In this document: piece after piece, positions 42,625-53,300 of the stretch
How the letters are laid out: each line of letters begins with the position of its first letter
Position numbering within the stretch: the first letter of the stretch is position 1
Sequence record: OZ196212.1
Direction: 5' to 3' (one strand)
Length of the DNA stretch: 64,000 nucleotides
Position numbers and translations under genes: made by a program
Notes under the pieces: model-generated
Seen by the model: the letters and a program-made list of their open reading frames with translations, nothing else
The model's database searches: none
What the model was told of the DNA's origin: nothing

Positions 42625-43202
42625 TGATTTTTTCAATATTCGATAAAACAGAATATGGTGACGTTGAGACAGCCGATATTTTCAAGAACTTGAATTATTA
42701 CCACAAGCAATTGATTGGCTCATTCGATGTCATACAATACACAATTGTCGGCGACTTTCGACCAGAACAGATCGCGTATCGTCTATATGGCGATACGTCG
42801 CTGTATTGGATGATTCTTCTACTAAACGAACGCGTTGATCCGTTCTATGATTGGGTTCAGCCCAATGAAACAGTCGCGGAAAATGCAGAGTATCGCTATC
42901 AGTGGATTGGTGGCCACGAGCAAGTGCATCATCATGTAGATGAACAAGGGCGTTGGTGGTACGATATGGTAGAAGACCCCGACAACCCGCGAAACTGGTA
43001 CAATGAATTTGACTTCATCAACAACGCGCCTGAAGAGGGGCAAGAAGATCATCGCGAGATTTTATATCACGGTGTCATGATTCCTGTGTCGGTTGATGAA
43101 TATGAGTTCAACACAAATGAAAACTCGCGAGTGATCAACATACTATCGAAAGACGATGTTAGTACGTATGTCAGCTCGTTTATGAAATTAGCAGGGGTAT
43201 AA
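42624..43202 (+). CDS. 53: Baseplate wedge gp53 (LysM)
   Basis: DIF…RPEQIAYRLYGD..LYWMILLLNE..DPFYDW. Confidence 0.9.
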   Translation: MIFSIFDKTEYGDVETADIFKNLNYYHKQLIGSFDVIQYTIVGDFRPEQIAYRLYGDTSLYWMILLLNERVDPFYDWVQPNETVAENAEYRYQWIGGHEQVHHHVDEQGRWWYDMVEDPDNPRNWYNEFDFINNAPEEGQEDHREILYHGVMIPVSVDEYEFNTNENSRVINILSKDDVSTYVSSFMKLAGV

Positions 43203-43203
43203 C

Positions 43204-44475
43204 ATGTTTGAAATGCGCTCGGCTAACCCCGTTGAGAACTTCGTGGTTAGCTCAATACAGATTCGAGGCGTAAATTACAGTGCAGGTGTCGAGAACGAGA
43301 TCACGCACTTGGAAATTTACGAATCGCTTGATGGCTTAACGTCAGGGATCTTCATGTTCACTGACACTGCGGGTATCGCAGACACATTACGACCAATGGG
43401 ATTTGAAGCGGTTGACATCGAATTCGCGTCTCTCGTCGGGGCGCAAGCACACAAGGTTTATAAAAAGTCGTTTCGTTGTACTGGTATTACTCGTCAGCCA
43501 TCAAAAACTGGTGGCTATGAGACGGTAATGATTCGATTCACGAACAACTTAATCACGATGAATGACTATGTGAAACGCCCGTATGTTTTCAAGAAAACAA
43601 GTATCTCGAATATCATCACGGCAATTCTAGATGGTCTTGGTGATGAAGTACCGGTATATGACATCGAGCAGTCGCTATATCAGCGTGATTTTGTCACGTC
43701 GATTACAAAGCCGTTCGATACGATCATGAGCTTAGTGGATTATGCGAGTACCGACGTGAATAACTCGTGTAAGTTCAAGTTCTATGAAGATCGCGATGGT
43801 CTGAAGTTCAAATCACTCGGTACGATTCGCGATCAAGATTACGACTTCATCATTCGCAAGGGTGCGAATACGGGCGACGGTAAGTGGACGTCGGGTGAAG
43901 GTAACGCGATTACTGCGCTTCGTGTTGTCGTGAAAGAACAATCAAATATGCACGAAATCAGTAGCGGAATATTCGGCGCACGAACGTACGCACACAGCTT
44001 GATTAATAAAAAGCTGACGACTAGTGATGTTCGACGTAATGACTATATCGCGAGTGTTGGTATTTTAAATGACACTGCTCACATGTACACGAGCGAAGAC
44101 GTGTTTCCTAGTGAAGTTACCGAGTCTGAACAGCCATTGAACAGCATTCAGCTTGTATCACACGACGGGTTTTATGAAAAAGACACGCAACACCCACTAG
44201 GGTCAACGCATAGCGTGTCTATCATGGAAGAAACGTACATCAGATCTAAGACGATCATCGTTGAAATCCCGGGAAATACGAATATGACTGTAGGTGAAGT
44301 CGTTTACATGGACTTGCATTCAGTAACGGGTGAGAATCACGCGAGTTTAGACGCGTCAGGTCGATGGGTAATTCAAGAGTTGAAGCACCGCGTTGAACTG
44401 AATCAATTTATAACGACACTTGAGCTAGTCAGTGATTCATCATTGAACGTAGCAGTGGCGGGGAGTGACACATAA
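43204..44475 (+). CDS. 27: Baseplate hub subunit (gp27-like)
   Basis: IYESLDG..SG…F.FYEDRDG..FKSL…IPGNTNMTVG…GRWVIQELKH hub pattern; position before gp5. Confidence 0.65.
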   Translation: MFEMRSANPVENFVVSSIQIRGVNYSAGVENEITHLEIYESLDGLTSGIFMFTDTAGIADTLRPMGFEAVDIEFASLVGAQAHKVYKKSFRCTGITRQPSKTGGYETVMIRFTNNLITMNDYVKRPYVFKKTSISNIITAILDGLGDEVPVYDIEQSLYQRDFVTSITKPFDTIMSLVDYASTDVNNSCKFKFYEDRDGLKFKSLGTIRDQDYDFIIRKGANTGDGKWTSGEGNAITALRVVVKEQSNMHEISSGIFGARTYAHSLINKKLTTSDVRRNDYIASVGILNDTAHMYTSEDVFPSEVTESEQPLNSIQLVSHDGFYEKDTQHPLGSTHSVSIMEETYIRSKTIIVEIPGNTNMTVGEVVYMDLHSVTGENHASLDASGRWVIQELKHRVELNQFITTLELVSDSSLNVAVAGSDT

Positions 44476-45740
44476 TGTTTATGGGATTAGAGGGCTTTGA
44501 ATGGTGGACTGGTGTGGTTGAAGATCGCACTAGCGACCCGCTCAAGCTTGGTAGATTAAAAGTACGAATGATTGGCTTGCATCCCGAGAAGAAAAACTCT
44601 GAGCAAGGCATCAAGACTGAAGATTTGCTTTGGGTTCACCCGATGCAGTCGCTTGATAACGCAGCAATGAACGGAATTGGTAATGCATCAATCGGTGTCG
44701 TTGAGGGTACGTGGCTGTTCGGCTTCTATCGCGACAAACTTAGACAAGATGCAGTTGCGATTGGTTCACTTCCCGGTATTCCCGGTGAAGCTGCTAACGG
44801 CTCACGTGGGTTCAATGACCCGAATGAGAAATATCCGTTAGCTGACAAGCTCAATGAGCCAGACACGAATCGACTTGCGCGTAACGACGTTTCGACAGAC
44901 GAATACGACGAGCAAACAGCAGTCGATGAATTCAACAACGGCACGACTGATTACGTGCATAGACCGCACCCTGTTATCGCAGCGAAACGCGCTTTAGATG
45001 AAACAGAAATACCAACAGCGGGATATAACGAAGACGGAGTGCCGTATGATGAGCCTAGCACCCCGTATAACGCTCAGTATCCGTTCAATCACGTTCGTGA
45101 GAGTGAGAGTGGGCATATACAAGAAATCGACGACACAGAGGGCGTAGAGCGTCTTCATACGTATCATAGAACAGGCACGTTTGAAGAAATTCATCCCGAC
45201 GGCACGAAAGTGACTCGAATCATAGGTGACGACTTTGAGATCGTGAAGCGCGATCAGAACTTGCTTGTAAAAGGCAACTTGAATATCACGGTAGTTGGCG
45301 ATGCGACGTTCTACTGTCAAAGCAATGTAACGCAGCAAATCGACGGTAACTTGAAACAACACGTGAAAGGCAATGTTGATCAGCACGTTGAAATGGACGT
45401 GACGCAGACAGTTGACCAGAACGTGAATCAAACTGTACATCAAAACGTGACTCAAGAAGTCGATGGTAACGTATCACAGACAGTTCATCAGAACGTCACA
45501 CAGCAGGTTGATCAGAATGTGACTCAAACAGTGGGCGGAAACGTACAAAGCACTGTCTCAGGGGATTACACGCAGAATATCAGCGGTAATTATTCGATAA
45601 CAGTCGGTGGCTCGATGTCTGAAAGTGTAAGTTCGTCTTATACGAGATCAGCAGCTTCTATCTCAGACGATGGTGGCGGTGCAACATTGAGTCTTGCAGG
45701 TGCAGCAGCACTAGACGGTTCAACAGTGAGCTTAGGCTAA
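44475..45740 (+). CDS. 5: Baseplate central spike gp5 without lysozyme domain
   Basis: WWTGVVEDR.DPLKLGRLKVR OB fold; YPFNHVRESESGH; C-terminal 8-residue V.GNV.QT beta-helix repeats. Confidence 0.92.
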   Translation: MFMGLEGFEWWTGVVEDRTSDPLKLGRLKVRMIGLHPEKKNSEQGIKTEDLLWVHPMQSLDNAAMNGIGNASIGVVEGTWLFGFYRDKLRQDAVAIGSLPGIPGEAANGSRGFNDPNEKYPLADKLNEPDTNRLARNDVSTDEYDEQTAVDEFNNGTTDYVHRPHPVIAAKRALDETEIPTAGYNEDGVPYDEPSTPYNAQYPFNHVRESESGHIQEIDDTEGVERLHTYHRTGTFEEIHPDGTKVTRIIGDDFEIVKRDQNLLVKGNLNITVVGDATFYCQSNVTQQIDGNLKQHVKGNVDQHVEMDVTQTVDQNVNQTVHQNVTQEVDGNVSQTVHQNVTQQVDQNVTQTVGGNVQSTVSGDYTQNISGNYSITVGGSMSESVSSSYTRSAASISDDGGGATLSLAGAAALDGSTVSLG

Positions 45741-46222
45741 TGGCTAGTATTCTTCCGCTTTTGCTAGAAGAAACACCAGAATCGGAGAATGTCGATGTGA
45801 CGTTCTCCGCTGTTCTTGAAGAGGGCGAGACTCTTGATAGCATTAGCATAACATCGCACAGAGAAAATAACGGCATAACAGTAGTCGGCGCGAGATTTCA
45901 CGGTCAATACGTCGATTCGTTCGATTTGGGTCCGAGTGGGTTGCAGTATCGCGATACGCGAGATAATAGCTATCACTCAGTGAGTGGCTTTGATGAGTTA
46001 CCCGAAAATCCACAAAACGGTCACGTGTATCGATTCGAAGCACCGAGTCCGTTGACGACTGATTATGACTACACAGTAACTTTAAATTACACGTATGAAG
46101 ACCCATTAGTACCGGGAATGCCAGAAGAGTTGGAGATCGTAGAGACGTTTACGCAGACTGTAAAAGGCAAATATGACGCTTGGGGTCAACAATTGCGTGA
46201 TTACATAGCATTTGGGAATTAA
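45740..46222 (+). CDS. 5.1: gp5.1-like baseplate protein
   Basis: Position between gp5 and PAAR; ends QQLRDYI. Confidence 0.65.
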   Translation: MASILPLLLEETPESENVDVTFSAVLEEGETLDSISITSHRENNGITVVGARFHGQYVDSFDLGPSGLQYRDTRDNSYHSVSGFDELPENPQNGHVYRFEAPSPLTTDYDYTVTLNYTYEDPLVPGMPEELEIVETFTQTVKGKYDAWGQQLRDYIAFGN

Positions 46223-46223
46223 T

Positions 46224-46520
46224 ATGCCAGCTTTAGCGAGATCAGGTGACCCGACAACAGGTCACGGGACGTATCCGCCAACTAACGTAGTGGGTGGTAG
46301 TCCGAAAGTAAGCGCACAGGGGATTGGAGTTTTGTCACAAGCAAACTTAGTTCACGTGACGCATTGCAATACAGTAAAACCGCATGATTGCCATGCGGGT
46401 TCAGCAGCAACGTACAGCGATAAAGTTTTTATCGAAGGAAGCCCCGCAGTTCGCATAGGTGATATGCTAACTTGCGGAGATACTGTAGCGGGTGGTGCAG
46501 GGAAAGTTGTTAGTTCTTAG
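46224..46520 (+). CDS. 5.4: PAAR spike-tip protein gp5.4
   Basis: MPALARSGDPTTGHG.YPP…H…H…GSPAVRIGD.LTCGD..AGG. Confidence 0.92.
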   Translation: MPALARSGDPTTGHGTYPPTNVVGGSPKVSAQGIGVLSQANLVHVTHCNTVKPHDCHAGSAATYSDKVFIEGSPAVRIGDMLTCGDTVAGGAGKVVSS

Positions 46521-46866
46521 AGTGTGAACGAATTTCATCTTCACGCGTTGGTGACGTATCAACAGGCTCTGGCTTGAACGAGTTGTCGTTTGCAGTCGGA
46601 GCAACTAGAACAATATCAGCGTCAACTTTGTGCGCGCCAGTGTCATCGACTACTTCAGTCATCACAGGGCGCGTGATTGGCGATGTTACTAGCTTCACAC
46701 CAGATGCAACTACAGTGAACACAACGATTGTTAAGATGATTTTAGCGAACGGTACTTCAACGTTCTTTGTCTTTGTCAGTTTCATTACGAACCATATGAA
46801 AAACAGTGCTAGAAGTAAGAACGCGGCGATACCAAGAACAGGTAATACGGGTAGTAAGAATTCCAT
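46510..46866 (-). CDS. Small 2-TM membrane protein
   Basis: Two hydrophobic segments; co-oriented with the SPFH gene. Confidence 0.65.
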   Translation of the reverse strand: MEFLLPVLPVLGIAAFLLLALFFIWFVMKLTKTKNVEVPFAKIILTIVVFTVVASGVKLVTSPITRPVMTEVVDDTGAHKVDADIVLVAPTANDNSFKPEPVDTSPTREDEIRSHSKN

Positions 46867-46921
46867 TTTATTTCCTTTTTAAAAAAGAAGAGCGACTATT
46901 TAGCCGCTCTTGAGTTTTTGA

Positions 46922-47797
46922 TTACTTAACTTGAGAAGTCAGGTTAAGATTGTCAATCATACCGCTTGGTACGAACACTTTGTTTGTGCCTTGAGCCATC
47001 ATTCGAAGTGTTTTCTGCTCTTCAAGGAATCGAACGTTGTCGTTCATTAGCTTGTCAGCAACAAGTTTCTTCGTTTCAGCTTCGTACAGTTCGATTTCAC
47101 GCTCTTTCTTCGATACTTCTTCACGAGTCTTGATAGTCAACAGGTCAAGTTTACGCTGTGCATTCACAGTATCTTCTTGTTGGCGACGTTCAGCAGATTT
47201 AATCTGTGCATCAGTGATTGTATCTGGGTAAACAACATCAGTCACACCAACTACTTTGATTACGAACGGTGTATCAGCTAGTTCTTGATTCAGACGTTGT
47301 TTCACAAATTCGTTCAGTTTCTGACGAGTAGACGCGACTTCTGCGATAGAGTATTCAGCGATAATCGACGGAATAATCGTATTCAGTTTTGCACGTGCAT
47401 AACGTTCGAACACTGCTTTCTGTTCAATTACACCAACTTGGTCAGCGAGTGATTTAAACGGAACTTTAGTAAACACGAAGTTGTATTTCTTCGGGTTCAT
47501 CGCCATCGTCATTTCGATGTCGTACTTCAGCATCAGTTCGTCTTTCGGCATGAACGTGTTGAAGTTCATTTCGTAGAAGCTGTCTGACACATCAAGCATT
47601 ACTAGACGGTCAGGGTAGCGCCAAGCCCAATCTAGACGAAACTTAGAAGGACCACGCGGTTGAGCTGACGCATCGAAACCATCTTTCGTCTGAATCTTGC
47701 CGACGTAACCAGTCGGGATTTCAGCAGGCGTACCACAGCCAACAAGTGCTAGACCTAGTGCAGCGACTGAAAGTAGTTTTGCGATTTTCTTAATCAT
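46922..47797 (-). CDS. SPFH/band-7 domain lipoprotein
   Basis: Lipobox LALVGC; EIPTGYVG; IAEVAS.R…V.G…YP..I..A coiled-coil tail. Confidence 0.8.
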   Translation of the reverse strand: MIKKIAKLLSVAALGLALVGCGTPAEIPTGYVGKIQTKDGFDASAQPRGPSKFRLDWAWRYPDRLVMLDVSDSFYEMNFNTFMPKDELMLKYDIEMTMAMNPKKYNFVFTKVPFKSLADQVGVIEQKAVFERYARAKLNTIIPSIIAEYSIAEVASTRQKLNEFVKQRLNQELADTPFVIKVVGVTDVVYPDTITDAQIKSAERRQQEDTVNAQRKLDLLTIKTREEVSKKEREIELYEAETKKLVADKLMNDNVRFLEEQKTLRMMAQGTNKVFVPSGMIDNLNLTSQVK

Positions 47798-47862
47798 GTT
47801 TTTCTCTCTTAGTTAATGATGTTTACTTCATTGTTTGTGCGCTTCGTTGCGCTGAGGAGTAC

Positions 47863-47908
47863 ATAGTAGGCAAATTCGATGCACCTGTCAACACTTTTTC
47901 TATAAATA
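47863..47908. promoter_or_regulatory. Back-to-back early promoter (minus, TTGACA-N17-TACTAT) and late promoter (plus, TATAAATA 47901-47908)
   Basis: Both consensus sequences read directly. Confidence 0.8.
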
Positions 47909-47929
47909 ATTAAAAATACGGAGAATAAC

Positions 47930-48349
47930 ATGGCAATTTCAGAGCTAAACACGCTGAAACCCGGGAAATATTACTACAGTGATATACCCGCGAACTTCAG
48001 TAAGAGTGTTGTAAACAATGACTTGAGCGCGTCATACGACTTAAAAGCAGTTCAAGAATCGATTGTCGGGATCGTGAGTACAAATAAAGGCGAACGTCCT
48101 TTCAATCCTGAGTTTGGTTGTGATATCAACAATCAACTATTCGAGAATATTTCACCTGCGAGTGCTTTTGCAATAAAGTACAGCATTGAGAACGCGATTT
48201 CTCAATGGGAGCCGCGTGTAATACTCAAGCGTGTTGAGGTTAGACCGTTGTACGATCAGAATACGTATCAAGTAGAGGTTCAATATCGCTTGAGAACAAA
48301 CGTAGACCGCACATTCGCGACGACAACTACACTCGCTAGTCGAACTTAA
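47930..48349 (+). CDS. 25: Baseplate wedge gp25
   Basis: YSDI…AVQESIVGIVST.KGERPFNPEFGC…LFE…WEPRV. Confidence 0.93.
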   Translation: MAISELNTLKPGKYYYSDIPANFSKSVVNNDLSASYDLKAVQESIVGIVSTNKGERPFNPEFGCDINNQLFENISPASAFAIKYSIENAISQWEPRVILKRVEVRPLYDQNTYQVEVQYRLRTNVDRTFATTTTLASRT

Positions 48350-48431
48350 TAGAAGCCCGCCATTTGAGCGGGTTTTTTTGTGCATTAAATATAAGAAACG
48401 AATTCTACGAGAAATTTATCAAGGGGATAAC

Positions 48432-50390
48432 ATGACAACTAACTCGAATTTGCCTGTTAGTTCTGGATCTTTTGAGACTATCAAGCAAGACCTTATCAAA
48501 TACTTGAAAGGTCAAGATCAGTTCAAAGATTATGACTTTAAAGGTAGTCGTCTGAACGTACTAACAGATTTGCTTGCGTACAACACAATGTACATGCAGC
48601 ACTACTCAAACGCAGCACTGTTTGAGGGTTTTATTCGCACTGCGCAAAAACACAGCAGTGTGGTTCAGCACGCGCAAGATATGGGTTACGCGCCAAGCTC
48701 CCTATCTGCTTCAACTCATACAATCGGAATCAAAGCGTACAACGCTGCGAACCCAGTTGAAATTACTCTAGGTACAGGTACGCGATTCAGTGCTGACGTT
48801 GATGGTATCGAGAACTACGGCTACATCGTATGGGAACCGCACATTCTAATCGGTGCTAAAGAAGACGCGCTTGACCCTGCATCACCGCTTGTGTATCAAG
48901 ATCAGATTGATGTCGTACAAGGTACGCTTGGTCGTTACGAAACAACTTTCTCAGAAACGCAATCAATCACGATCAAAGACCCTGATTTAGACCGCAACTA
49001 CGTGCGTGTGTTCGTAGATAGCGCGGAATGGACAAACTGGACTGATAAGTCGATTGTGAACGTATCGGGTGGTTCAAACGTGTTCTACTTGCGTGAGACA
49101 GTTGATGGCTATACTGAAGTGTACTTCGGTGAGGGTGAACTAACAGATTTCACAGAAACGGCAGGCGCATACGACCCACAATACATTGGCGGTCTACGTC
49201 CGATTGAAGGGCAGCGTGTTCGTGTTCAATATGTGAAAACTCAAGGTCCCGTTGCAAACGGCTCGAAGAACTTCACATGGGCAGATGATATTCCGAACTT
49301 CCAACTTGATGACAAGAACATCGACGACAACCCGAATGACGATGAAAACTTCGTTGGTTCGATTGGCGGTGGTTATGCAGAAGGCACAGAGCGTATTCGC
49401 GAACTTGCACCTGTATTCCGCGAGTCGCAACGTCGCTGTGTTACTAAGCTTGATTACGAAACGTTCGTGTCTCAGAAATTCGGTAACATTGTTCAAGCAG
49501 TACAAGCATTCGGTAGCACTGAAAAGCCAGGTTACGTGTTTATCTCAATCAAGCCGAAGAGTGGTTTGACGCTACCGCAAGTTGCACGCGCAGATATAGA
49601 AGATTACTTGAAAGAATTCAACATCGTGACAATCACGCCGAAAGTTGTTGACCCAGATTACTTGTACATCAAGCACAATCTAGTCGTGAACTACAGAACT
49701 GGTTCATTGTCAGAGGGTGCGGATTACTTGAAAGCTCAGATCACCGACGCGATTAGCGATTACTACTACAACGACGTTGAGATCTTCAACGCATCGTTCC
49801 ACGTATCGAAGATGCTTGGCTATGTAGATGACGCGCACGACTCGATTTTAGGTTCACGCTGTGATATCTCACTGATTCGCGAACTAGTGAACTTCAGTCA
49901 GACACCGATGAGCGGCTATAGCTTCTTGAATCCGATCCTTGAACGTTCGGTGAATTCTGAAGCGATTACTTACATCGCGCATGATTGCGAAGTGTTTATC
50001 AAGTCAACGGATCGACGCACGACAGAGACGCAAGAAGACATCGGTACATTGCTATTGGGTCCGTTCTCAGAAGGCACAATCACTGACCCGATTGACCCTG
50101 AGACTGGCGCGCCAACGACTGAATACACAGGCGATGATTTTAATCGCGAAGTTATCGACGGTCGTTCGCTGTACTACAGAATCGGTACAGTCAACTATGC
50201 AACTGGTATGTTGGATTACGAGTTCGCAAACTTGGGTGTAAATACATCAGAATGGGATGTCGTTGGCAATCTTGTTGTTTCAGCATCGCCTACGCGTTCA
50301 AACATATACACAGACGACGGTAGCTTAATCGTTTATGAAAACGAGCTACGTCCTCAATACACTGATATTTTCCTAGAGGGTATTTCTTAA
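48432..50390 (+). CDS. 6: Baseplate wedge gp6
   Basis: F+DYDFKGSRLNVLTDLLAYNT.Y…E..ERIRELAP…Q.R.VT..DY; start reassigned to ATG 48432 (GGGGA SD). Confidence 0.93.
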   Translation: MTTNSNLPVSSGSFETIKQDLIKYLKGQDQFKDYDFKGSRLNVLTDLLAYNTMYMQHYSNAALFEGFIRTAQKHSSVVQHAQDMGYAPSSLSASTHTIGIKAYNAANPVEITLGTGTRFSADVDGIENYGYIVWEPHILIGAKEDALDPASPLVYQDQIDVVQGTLGRYETTFSETQSITIKDPDLDRNYVRVFVDSAEWTNWTDKSIVNVSGGSNVFYLRETVDGYTEVYFGEGELTDFTETAGAYDPQYIGGLRPIEGQRVRVQYVKTQGPVANGSKNFTWADDIPNFQLDDKNIDDNPNDDENFVGSIGGGYAEGTERIRELAPVFRESQRRCVTKLDYETFVSQKFGNIVQAVQAFGSTEKPGYVFISIKPKSGLTLPQVARADIEDYLKEFNIVTITPKVVDPDYLYIKHNLVVNYRTGSLSEGADYLKAQITDAISDYYYNDVEIFNASFHVSKMLGYVDDAHDSILGSRCDISLIRELVNFSQTPMSGYSFLNPILERSVNSEAITYIAHDCEVFIKSTDRRTTETQEDIGTLLLGPFSEGTITDPIDPETGAPTTEYTGDDFNREVIDGRSLYYRIGTVNYATGMLDYEFANLGVNTSEWDVVGNLVVSASPTRSNIYTDDGSLIVYENELRPQYTDIFLEGIS

Positions 50391-53300
50391 TGTCAAATTT
50401 ACAAGCCCCACCAATTATGGGCGTGTACATCGACAAACTGACGCGAAACTATGTTGATTTGCGTTGGGATGGTGTCGGCGAGAACTTCAGATACGAAATA
50501 CAAGTACGTTCGGCTGGCTCAGCCGAACATGTACTGTCTGAAACTTACCAACCACTATACCCAAACCCGTATACAGGCGAAACAAGTCTGTTTGCGCAGA
50601 TCAATGAATCAGTGCGCTACTACCAGTGGCGCATTCGTGCCGTTTACACGAATTTCGATCCGGGTGAATGGACAGCATCAGATATCGGCTACACGTCAGA
50701 TTCAAACGATTACGAAATCGTTACACAATCGACGTTCACGGCTGCTCAGTCGTTCATCGAAGCGCGTTTGAACAACGATAACGACAAATACCTGAATGAG
50801 CGTAACGAGCTACAAGCAACATTAGTACGCCCGGGGTATGAGTTCGATACGAACATGTTCAACGTAGATTCGGCTGCATATTGGTTCGTTACAAACCCAG
50901 GGTTTAGTGCGAATTACGGTGAAGTTCCAAACGTGTGTCAGAACAACATGCGCGTGATCCCATCAGTTATCGATGACGTGATCTATGCATTCGAGCGTTG
51001 GCAAGAAGTGTGTAAGATCTCGAACAACGGCGGTCAAACATGGCAGACGTATCGTGCAACGAACAGTCGTCTAGGCAATCCCGTGTACGATTGTATCTGT
51101 AAGCAGTCAGAAACGTTCAGTTACTTGTTAGGGTACGATTACCTTATTCAGGGCGTTGCGTCTAGTGACGTTGATTACTCACACGATAACGGTACTGAAT
51201 ACAGCCACGCGTCGGTCGACTTGACGTTCGATAAGCTTGATTTCGATTTAGGCTTCGGCTTTGACGTTGAGCGTTTTAAAGATCTTGCAGTTTTACCACC
51301 ACAAGTGCGTCACAAAGCAGATGCATTTGGCGTTGATAACGTAATGACAGTTATAACCGCAGGTAATACGTACGTATGGCACAACAACAGAATCCCGACT
51401 ATTTGGGAAGATGTCGTGAGTGACCTATACGGCGAGCGTATCTTTGAAACAGTCGGTACGTCTAACAACGAGCCAGTATACTTCGAATCATACGTCGTTC
51501 GCGATGACGTGTCAAGACCTGATTTTGACGAAACGACGGCTGACGTGTGTGTGAAGAAAATCGAATACTTTGATGATCCAGAAGTCGGTATCGACTATCA
51601 AGACGGTAAAATGTACGCTCTCGTGACCGGTGAATGGGTACACGATGAAAACGGCAAGCGTATATCAGTTTCAGACGACAACGAAATTCGTGGCGTGTAT
51701 CGCATGAACCGCGACGAAATCATGGACGGTGACATCGTAGTTGGTTACGAAAACATCGAATGGATTCGTGTATATGGTAACATTGAACCAGAGCGCGACT
51801 TGATCAACGAACGCAGTGTTATTTCTCGCGATACTGAACATCTAATTCTAGGTCATGACTTGACGCGTGCATACGGTGAAGAAGGCGACCCTGAATACGA
51901 CAATCGTCAAGAGTCTAGCGGTGCACCGGGTGAATATCACTCTCAATCGGGAGATCACTACGGTACAATCGATGATGCAGCACTTGTTCAAGACAATGCA
52001 GAAGTTAACGAAGCTGTTCGCATGTTCAGCAAGCCGTACTACACGACGCACGCAAAGCCGATGTCACAGATCGTTGCGACTAAAGACGGTGACACGTGGG
52101 AATATAAGCCGCAAGATTACTACGGTAACGCGCATTTCAACTGGATGGAACGTGCGAAGACACGCGACTGGAAATCTTGGTCAAATCAGATCATGTATTA
52201 CAAGTCAGATTCGCTATTCCGTCGTGATTTTGACAATTTAGACTCGGTAAAATGGTCTGAAGTTCTTGAAAACGGCTCGTACAAGTTCGAAGCACCGAAT
52301 CTAGACGTGTTCGGCTTCAATGGCTACTGTGACGGTGCGATTATTCACACTGCAAACGATAACAAGGTAATTGGTTACTACAAATTCCCGTATCGCGTTA
52401 GCATCACAGCTCCGATTCACTGGTCGCCAATCCGTACTGTAATTACAGGCGAGTTGACGAATTACACGCCAGTTACAATCGAAGAGCCAGAAGCAGATCC
52501 GACTAAACTTCTCGATCCGACGTTGACGCCATTGATTTACAAGATGATGCCAGAGAATTACCTTGATTCTGACGGATTTTACAAGGATTTCGCAAAAAGC
52601 TATCTTGATTTCATCAGTAAAGGTGACGGTACAGCGTACAACAACGTGTATAACTTGCTGAACAGCAAATACCCGCGTGACGAACACTACGAAGAATATC
52701 TGTACAAGATGGTATACGAACGTAATCGTATTCTTGAACCAGAGAAGCGCGACGCAGTTGTGAAATTCTTCTTGAGTAGACGCGCAGACTTCTACAGCAC
52801 GAAAGGTATCATCGACTCGTACGAGTTCTTGTTCAAATTGCTGTACAACGAGACGGTTGAGGTTGAGATCGAATCACTGAACGCGTTTGAGTATGCGATT
52901 ACGGTTGCATCGAACGACGTGACAGATGACATTGTAGGTCGTCGTATTTTCACAGAGGGCGGTCAAGCTGACGTGACATACATCGAGCGTGAATACATTG
53001 ATGGTCGCAGACACTGGAAACTGACGCTGAATAACTTAATCGGTGAATTCAAAGCCGGTGCTGAAATCGGAATTGCGGGATACGATTTTGAAGCAACAGC
53101 GTTGACGGGCGTTAAGGGTGAGCGTATCGATTATGACTCGAATGAGTATCTTGATCGAAGCAAAACGTACTACGTCATGAAGCTACGTTCTGAAATGCAA
53201 TTGAGTCAGTACAAAGACGATATCATTCGTTTCGTACACCCAATCGGCTTCGGCTTCGTGGGTATCACATTGCTGACAGTTCTTGTGAATCACGGCATTT

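Noticed and set aside
45340-45600. 24-bp periodic repeats that might be a CRISPR or VNTR array
   Set aside because: They encode the 8-residue beta-helix repeats of gp5; no spacers.
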